Part shown: in pieces, positions 57,945 to 64,000 of the stretch | Layout of the letters: each line of letters opens with the position of its first letter | Position numbering within the stretch: the first letter of the stretch is position 1 | Source of the DNA: an uncultured Planctomycetaceae bacterium | GTDB lineage: Bacteria > Planctomycetota > Planctomycetia > Isosphaerales > Isosphaeraceae | Length of the DNA stretch: 64,000 bases | NCBI GenBank assembly: GCA_963833985.1 | Contig: CAWIAD010000002.1 | Coordinates: forward strand, 672,001 to 736,000 | Reading direction: 5' to 3' | Position numbers and translations under genes: made by a program | The notes under the pieces: generated by a model | Told to the model about the DNA's origin: nothing | What the model saw: only the letters and a program-made list of their open reading frames with translations | Databases searched by the model: none

Positions 57945-58783
57945 AGGTCATGACCGCACGCGTAGCGACACGAAATCAAGCCCGCTTCGACCTGGCCCTC
58001 CGGTACACCACCCTGGCATACCTCGGGGTCATGGTCGTCCTGCCCTTACTTGCCCTCAGCGTGCAGGCCGCCCGGCCGGGATGGCGTCCATTCTGGCACG
58101 CCCTGGCAGACCCCTACGCCTGGCACGCTCTCAAGCTGACGTTCCTCACGGCCTTCGTGATGGTGCTCATCAACGCCGTGGCGGGCACCGCCACCGCCTG
58201 GGTCCTGGTGCGCTACCGTGTGCCGGGACGCAGCTTGATCAACGCTCTGATCGACCTGCCCTTCGCGGTGCCGACGGTGGTGACCGGGCTCATGCTCGTG
58301 GTGCTGTACGGTCCGTCGAGTACCATCGGCACGGTCCTGGGACGATACGGCTGGCCGGTCATCTACCATCAGCCAGGGATCGTGCTCGCCCTGCTGTTCG
58401 TCTCCTACCCGTTCGTGATCCGTAGCGTGCAGCCGGTCCTGCTGGAACTGGATCGGGCCGAGGAGGAGGCCGCGGCAACGCTGGGTGCGGGTGCCTGGAC
58501 GACGTTCCGGCGGGTCACTTTCCCTGCGCTCTGGCCGTCCATCCTCACGGGCTCGGGCCTGTCATTCAGCCGCGCGCTGGGTGAGTTCGGCAGCGTGGTC
58601 ATGGTCGCGGGCAACCATCCGCTCCTGACCAAGACCGCGCCCCTGCACATCTACGGCGAGATCGAGAGCGGCAACCGCCATGCCGCCCTGGTTGTCTCGC
58701 TGGTTCTGCTGGCGAGCTCGCTCGTGATCCTGCTCTCGCTCAACGCCCTTCAGAACCGGGGAGGGTCCGACCATGGCGACTGA
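57941..58783 (+). CDS. cysT: Sulfate ABC transporter permease
   Basis: [48 protein letters not shown]. Confidence 0.93.
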   Translation: MKVMTARVATRNQARFDLALRYTTLAYLGVMVVLPLLALSVQAARPGWRPFWHALADPYAWHALKLTFLTAFVMVLINAVAGTATAWVLVRYRVPGRSLINALIDLPFAVPTVVTGLMLVVLYGPSSTIGTVLGRYGWPVIYHQPGIVLALLFVSYPFVIRSVQPVLLELDRAEEEAAATLGAGAWTTFRRVTFPALWPSILTGSGLSFSRALGEFGSVVMVAGNHPLLTKTAPLHIYGEIESGNRHAALVVSLVLLASSLVILLSLNALQNRGGSDHGD

Positions 58784-59661
58784 CCTGGGACTTGCGGTAC
58801 GGCCCGGATCGGAGCGAGCGCCGCGGGGGCTGCGTGCCGCGAGCTCCGGCTCGCTCGGCCGCCTGCTGCTGACCTACGCCGTGCTGGCCTGGTTCGCGAT
58901 CCTCATCCTGATACCGGGCCTGGCCCTGGTGCGTCAGGTCCTGCTGGGCGGTCTGAAGCCGTTCCTCTCGGCCCTGGCCCGGCCCGAGGTCCAGCGCGCC
59001 TTCGGGATGTCGCTCGGCATCACCGCCCTGGCAACGGTCGTGAATACCGTCTTCGGCATCGGGCTGGCCCTGGTGCTCACGCGGCAGCGGTTCTGGGGCC
59101 GAGCCCTGGCCGACGGCCTGGTGGATCTGCCCTTTGCGATCTCGCCGGTTGTCGCGGGACTCATGCTGATTGTCCTGTACGGGCCTGACGGCTGGCTGGG
59201 ACGCTGGTTCGAGCCGCACGGGTGGAGGGTGGTCTACGCGGTCCCCGGCATGATCCTGGCCACACTGTTCGTGACCGTGCCCTTCGTCGTCCGCGAGCTG
59301 GTGCCGGTGCTGCGCGAGCTGGGTGAGGAGTACGAGCAGGCCGCCTACACGTTGGGCGCGGGCCGCTGGCGGACGTTCTGGAGCGTCACCCTGCCGTCGA
59401 TCCGCTGGGGCGTGGCTTACGGTGTCACGCTCACGATCGCCCGCTCGCTGGGCGAATTCGGCGCGGTGCTGGTCGTGTCGGGGAACGTGATCGGGCACAC
59501 CCAGACAGCCACACTCTACATCCAGGAAGGCGTCGAGAGCTTCCATCCCGCGGGCGCCTACGCCGCCAGCCTGGTGCTGGCGGCCATCTCCTTCGTCCTG
59601 CTCGTGGGAATGGAATTCGTGGCGCAAACACCTCGAAAACACCAAGGAGTGTCGAGCATGA
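58773..59661 (+). CDS. cysW: Sulfate ABC transporter permease; apparent 1-nt insertion near 59620 reads through into cysA
   Basis: [40 protein letters not shown]; corrected frame ends [15 protein letters not shown] in an ATGA overlap. Confidence 0.9.
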
Positions 59662-60877
59662 GCATGGTAAGCCGCCCGAGTCCCGGGTTGTCTCGCCGCA
59701 GTCCACCGGCAGCCAGTTCCATTACGGACTCGTTGCATTTTCCTTCCGCGACCCGTCCGGCACCCGCACGCAAGGAGTCTTCCGTGGGCATCGAGGTCAA
59801 GAACCTGTCCAAATGCTATGGTTCATTCCAGGCTGTGAAGGACGTTTCCTTCGAGGTCAGGGCCGGCCAGCTCGTCGCCTTGTTGGGTCCTTCGGGATCC
59901 GGCAAGAGTACGATCCTGCGGATCATTGCCGGACTCGAGCCGGCCGACGCCGGCGGCGTGGTGCTCACCGGCGAGGATGCCACCCTGCTGCCTGTGCAGG
60001 AGCGCGGGGTTGGCTTCGTGTTCCAGCATTACGCCCTCTTCCGCCACATGACCGTGCGCGAGAATATCGCCTTCGGACTCAAGGTCCGCAAGCTTCCCCG
60101 GGCGGAGATCAAAACGCGCGTGAACGAGCTGCTGGAACTGGTGCAGCTTGGCGGCTATGCCGGGCGTTATCCATCGCAGCTCTCGGGAGGGCAAAGACAG
60201 CGTGTCGCCCTGGCGCGGTGCTCGCGCCCAGGCCAAAAGTGCTGCTGCTGGACGAACCCTTTGGCGCCCTCGACGCCAAGGTTCGCGACGAGCTGCGCTC
60301 CTGGCTGAGAAAGCTGCACGACGAGGTCCACGTCACCAGCCTGTTCGTCACCCACGATCAGCGCGAGGCGTTCGAGGTGGCCGACCAGATCGTCGTCCTG
60401 AACGAGGGGAAAGTGCAGCAGGTCGGGCCGCCCCAGCAGCTTTACATCCGGCCGGCCAGCCCCTTCGTGGCCCGGTTCCTGGGCCAGGTGAACATTTTAC
60501 CTCTGAAGACGATCCAGGCGGGCTCCGCGACCGCGGTGACCTTCCCGGAATCGCTCACCGAACTTGCTCCATCATCGGACGCCCAGATCTTCGTGCGTCC
60601 GCACGATATGGATGTCCACCGCGTGCGTAACGGCCACCCCTGCTGGGCCGCCCGGGTCGAGCGGCTGACGCCCCTGGGAGGCGCCGTGCGGCTGGAGCTG
60701 TCCATCGACCGTGAGCACCGGCTTCAACTGGAGCTCAGCAGCGACCCGGGTGGAGATCTCGACTTCTCCCCCGGCGAGACGGTCTATGTCACCCCCCGGC
60801 ACATGAACCTGTATCATGCCGAGAAGAACACCTTCCATGCCGTCGCATTCCAGCGCCCCAGCGAGGCCAGTGCCTGA
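59658..60877 (+). CDS. cysA: Sulfate ABC transporter ATP-binding protein; frameshift near 60217
   Basis: [28 protein letters not shown], then [16 protein letters not shown] and a TOBE-like tail. Confidence 0.92.
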
Positions 60878-61035
60878 CTGCGCAGACGGTCCGCGCCTGT
60901 GGAGCCGGGGGACTTGTGCCCGCAAGCAGACAGCGGTAAGCATGGAAGTGCAAGCGGTATCGACTGCACTCCGAGAAATGCCGTTTGAGCTTACCGATGC
61001 AATACTGGCGGAGAAACGTTTCAATCGGTCGCGCG

Positions 61036-61254
61036 ATGATCGTGATCGCCGTGTTCGCTCTGGCGCTCACAGTCGCTCCCGCCGGGCACCGGTACCTTGC
61101 CCTCCTGCCATGGCTCGCCGGTCTACCGGCCCTTTTCCTGCGCGGGCGATCTGAGTTCCTGGTGGTGATGGGGATCGTCGCGGTCCTCGGGCTGGAACTC
61201 GGGCTGGCGGTCGTGTCGTCTCATTGTCCGGCTCTTCCGCGACCCGGTTATTGA
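61036..61254 (+). CDS. Small hypothetical membrane protein
   Basis: Strongly hydrophobic short ORF; start uncertain. Confidence 0.4.
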   Translation: MIVIAVFALALTVAPAGHRYLALLPWLAGLPALFLRGRSEFLVVMGIVAVLGLELGLAVVSSHCPALPRPGY

Positions 61255-61497
61255 GGGCGACTCGTGCTTCGCCGATTCGCCGATGCCTGGACCAATCGCC
61301 TGGAGCGCGACGGCGACCTTGCCGCCTGCGCAAAAACGTCCAGATGGACCAATTCGCCGAGCATCTTGCCAACCAGATGATACAATCTCTGGTGACGTTT
61401 CCTCTCGCCCGGGCGTTGTGCTGCCTTCGAGAGACGACCAATCGATCAGGGCGAGAGATCCGCGCCGGAACACGTTCAGCCATCGAGTCGAGGCACC

Positions 61498-62022
61498 ATG
61501 TTCTCGGGTTCCCCCCAGCCGCCGGCGGCCGATCGCGCATCGGGCCGCGCAGAGAATCCCGTCATCCAGCTTGTCGGTTTCCGGCTGGATAACGAGGATT
61601 ACGCGATTGCCATCACCAAGATTCAGGAAATCATCCTGATCAAGCCGATCACGCGCATTCCCCAGATGCCCGACTTCATCGAAGGGCTCATCAACCTGCG
61701 CGGGTCGGTTATCCCGATCATCAATCTGAGGAAGCGGTTCGGGCTCTTGCCGCGGGACCTCGACGACGACACGCGGATCATCGTGGTCAACGTGCACGAC
61801 AAGACGGTGGGCTGCATCGTCGACGCGGTCACGCAGGTCATGAGGATCAATCGCGATCAGGTCCAGCCGCCTCCCCTCGGTGTCCTGGCCGTGAATCACC
61901 AGTACCTGGCGGGGCTGGCAAAGCTTGAAGAGCGGCTGCTGATTATCCTGGACATCGACAAGCTGTTCGAGGCCGAGGCGCTTGCCTTGCCCGTCTCCGC
62001 AACCTCCGCGGCGTCGGCCTGA
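61498..62022 (+). CDS. cheW: Chemotaxis adaptor CheW
   Basis: QLVGFRL..EDYAI, GLINLRGSVIPII, GCIVDAV, LLIILDIDKL. Confidence 0.94.
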   Translation: MFSGSPQPPAADRASGRAENPVIQLVGFRLDNEDYAIAITKIQEIILIKPITRIPQMPDFIEGLINLRGSVIPIINLRKRFGLLPRDLDDDTRIIVVNVHDKTVGCIVDAVTQVMRINRDQVQPPPLGVLAVNHQYLAGLAKLEERLLIILDIDKLFEAEALALPVSATSAASA

Positions 62023-62128
62023 CGGCGTACGGCCCTGCATGCCGGCCGTACTGGTTCTTCTCGATCTGCCGCGCGGTCCCAGCAAGACAACGTTCGACAT
62101 CTCACCCTCTGGCAGGCTCAGCACGACC

Positions 62129-64000
62129 ATGGAACCCGAAGCTCCGAAGTCCGCTCACGACCCCGCTGCCGGCTCCGATTCCGACCGTCCGGCAATCCCC
62201 GGTCCTGCCGCGCAGGCCCCCCGTCCTACGGCCCAGCGCAGACCGCCGTCGGCGCCGCGGGTGCGCAAGGTCACCCAGGCAATGGGACCCACCGCGATGG
62301 GCGGCTCGGGCTCCGCCGTCCTGCTGGATGGCGCCTGCGCTGGCGAGTCGCAACTGCACGACGCCACAGCCAACAGCCGCGCGCTCATCGAGGCGACCGC
62401 CGCCATCATCCGGGCCGCCACGATCGACGAGGTCGTCCGCGGCACGCTCGATGCCATCCGCAAGTCATATGGCTGGGTCTACGCCTCGTACTGGTCCGTG
62501 GACCCCGCGGAACATGCCCTGGTCTTCACGCTCGAATCGGGCCGCGTGGACGACGAGTTCCAGCGGCATACCCGCACGGCTCGGTTTCGGGAGGGCGAGG
62601 GCCTCAACGGCCGGGCCTGGCGACAGCGCGACCTGTTCCACGTGGAGGACCTCAGCCAGCTTCGTGATTGCAGCCGCGCGCCGCTGGCCAGCAAGGCCGG
62701 GGTTCGCTCCGGGATCGCCCTGCCAATCCTCAGAGACGGCCAGGTGATCGGCACGATGGATTTCTTCGCTGTCGATGCCGTGGAGGTCAGCCCGGAGCGG
62801 CTCGATGCGCTGCGGACGATCGGGCAGCTTGCCTCGGACAAGATCGCCAACCTGGGAAGGCAAGTCGAGCTGACCCGGATCATGCAGATGGTCGAGAATG
62901 CACCGGTGAACATGATGTGCGCGGATCTCGACATGCGGATTCAGTACATGAACCCGCATGCCACCAAGACGCTCAAGAAGCTGGAAGCCCACCTGCCGAT
63001 GAAGGTGGACCAGATGCTGGGCCAGACGATCGACATGTTCCACAGGCAGCCCGAGCATCAGCGGAGGCTGCTGGGCGACACGCGGAACCTGCCGCGCAAG
63101 GCGACCATACACGTCGGACCCGAGGTGTTCGAACTCTCCGTCAGCGCCATGGTCGACCAGCAGAGCCGCTACATCGGCCCGATGATCACCTGGGAAGTGG
63201 TGACCGAGCAGATCGAGGCAAAAGTGCGCGAGGAGGAGCTCATCGCCAACACGACGGCGGTGAACCAGCTACTCATGGCCCTGGGCCGCGCCCGCACGAT
63301 GCGTGACGTGGTCACTGCCGCACTGGGCTCGGTTCGCGAGGCGTTCAACTGGACGTACGGGTCATACTGGGAGATCCAGCCCGAGGAGCAGGCGCTGCGG
63401 TTCGCGCAAGATTCCGGCTCGGTGAGCGAGGATTTCCGCCGTGTCACCGCCGAGGCCCGGTTCCGCGAGGGCGAGGGTCTCAACGGCCAGGCCTGGCAGA
63501 CGCGCGATCTGGTCTTCGTGCCGGACCTGGGCGAGATGAAGACCTGCTCGCGGGCGCCGGTGGCCAAGCGGAGCGGTCTGAAATCGGGGGTCTGCTTCCC
63601 CATCTTGCTGGGCGGCAAGCTCATCGGCACCATGGATTACTTCACCGAAGAGCGGATCAACCCCTCGGCCAACCGCCTGGACGCCCTGCGCAATGTGGGA
63701 CGCCTCGTCTCCAACGCCCTGGAAAAGGTGGACCAGCAGGCGCGCATCGACCAGGCCAAGAAGGACCTGGAAGCGAAGGTCAATCAGCTCATGAACGTGG
63801 CCCGGTCGGCGGCCGGGGGCGACCTCACCGTCGAGGTCGCGGTGCGCGGCGAGGACGACATGGGGCGGCTGGGCGAGGCCCTCTCGACGATGATCCGCGA
63901 CCTCAAGAACGTGATCGGCCAGATCATGGAATCAGCCAGCCAGTTCACCGAGGGCTCGCGCGTGGTGGCCGAGAGCGCCAGCTATCTTTCGGAATCCGCG
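62129..64000 (+). CDS. Soluble methyl-accepting chemotaxis protein, GAF-PAS-GAF-HAMP-; runs off the right edge
   Basis: Not in the ORF track. Manual translation shows two GAF copies (W.Y(A/G)SYW...FREGEGLNG.AW..RDL), PAS (VENAPVNMMCAD...IDMFHRQPEHQRRLL...MITW), HAMP (AAGGDLTVEV...DMGRLGEAL..M); follows cheW. Confidence 0.9.
   Translation, partial: MEPEAPKSAHDPAAGSDSDRPAIPGPAAQAPRPTAQRRPPSAPRVRKVTQAMGPTAMGGSGSAVLLDGACAGESQLHDATANSRALIEATAAIIRAATIDEVVRGTLDAIRKSYGWVYASYWSVDPAEHALVFTLESGRVDDEFQRHTRTARFREGEGLNGRAWRQRDLFHVEDLSQLRDCSRAPLASKAGVRSGIALPILRDGQVIGTMDFFAVDAVEVSPERLDALRTIGQLASDKIANLGRQVELTRIMQMVENAPVNMMCADLDMRIQYMNPHATKTLKKLEAHLPMKVDQMLGQTIDMFHRQPEHQRRLLGDTRNLPRKATIHVGPEVFELSVSAMVDQQSRYIGPMITWEVVTEQIEAKVREEELIANTTAVNQLLMALGRARTMRDVVTAALGSVREAFNWTYGSYWEIQPEEQALRFAQDSGSVSEDFRRVTAEARFREGEGLNGQAWQTRDLVFVPDLGEMKTCSRAPVAKRSGLKSGVCFPILLGGKLIGTMDYFTEERINPSANRLDALRNVGRLVSNALEKVDQQARIDQAKKDLEAKVNQLMNVARSAAGGDLTVEVAVRGEDDMGRLGEALSTMIRDLKNVIGQIMESASQFTEGSRVVAESASYLSESA

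Noticed and set aside
58773..60308. Apparent CysW-CysA fusion (511-aa ORF)
   Set aside because: Removing one base near 59620 gives a normal cysW stop overlapping the cysA ATG (ATGA), matching the window-wide indel pattern.

Overview
High-GC DNA whose gene content (two DUF1559 prepilin-like genes with partner lipoproteins, Tat-exported Gfo/Idh/MocA enzymes, secreted EF-hand proteins) points to a planctomycete, probably Isosphaeraceae-like (inference). Main blocks: (1) 1-22.2 kb, a succinate/propionyl-CoA island: methylmalonyl-CoA mutase, AceE-like dehydrogenase E1, phasin-like and PhaE-like genes, an SDR, a complete Propionibacterium-type transcarboxylase (5S, 12S, small subunit, 1.3S), methylmalonyl-CoA epimerase and sdhCAB. 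A mobile/repeat patch interrupts it at 2.2-7.9 kb (IS5 nested in IS4, REP-like duplications, glycosyltransferase fragments). (2) Two copies of an unannotated MITE-like element carrying REP palindromes, each hit by the same Tn5-like IS4 element and one also by an IS1182-like element (24.4-26.1 kb and 49.6-53.0 kb). (3) 33.4-39.6 kb, a cluster of secreted EF-hand proteins around an ApbE-DUF2271/PepSY flavinylation module. (4) 41.6-42.7 kb, a scar of toxin-antitoxin/defence fragments. (5) 53.1-60.9 kb, a sigma54 activator divergent from a -24/-12 promoter and a DUF1559-lipoprotein-sulfate ABC operon. (6) cheW and a soluble GAF-PAS-GAF chemoreceptor running off the window. Many otherwise intact genes carry single-base frameshifts, most likely long-read assembly errors. 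All family calls come from motif recognition by eye; no database search was run.
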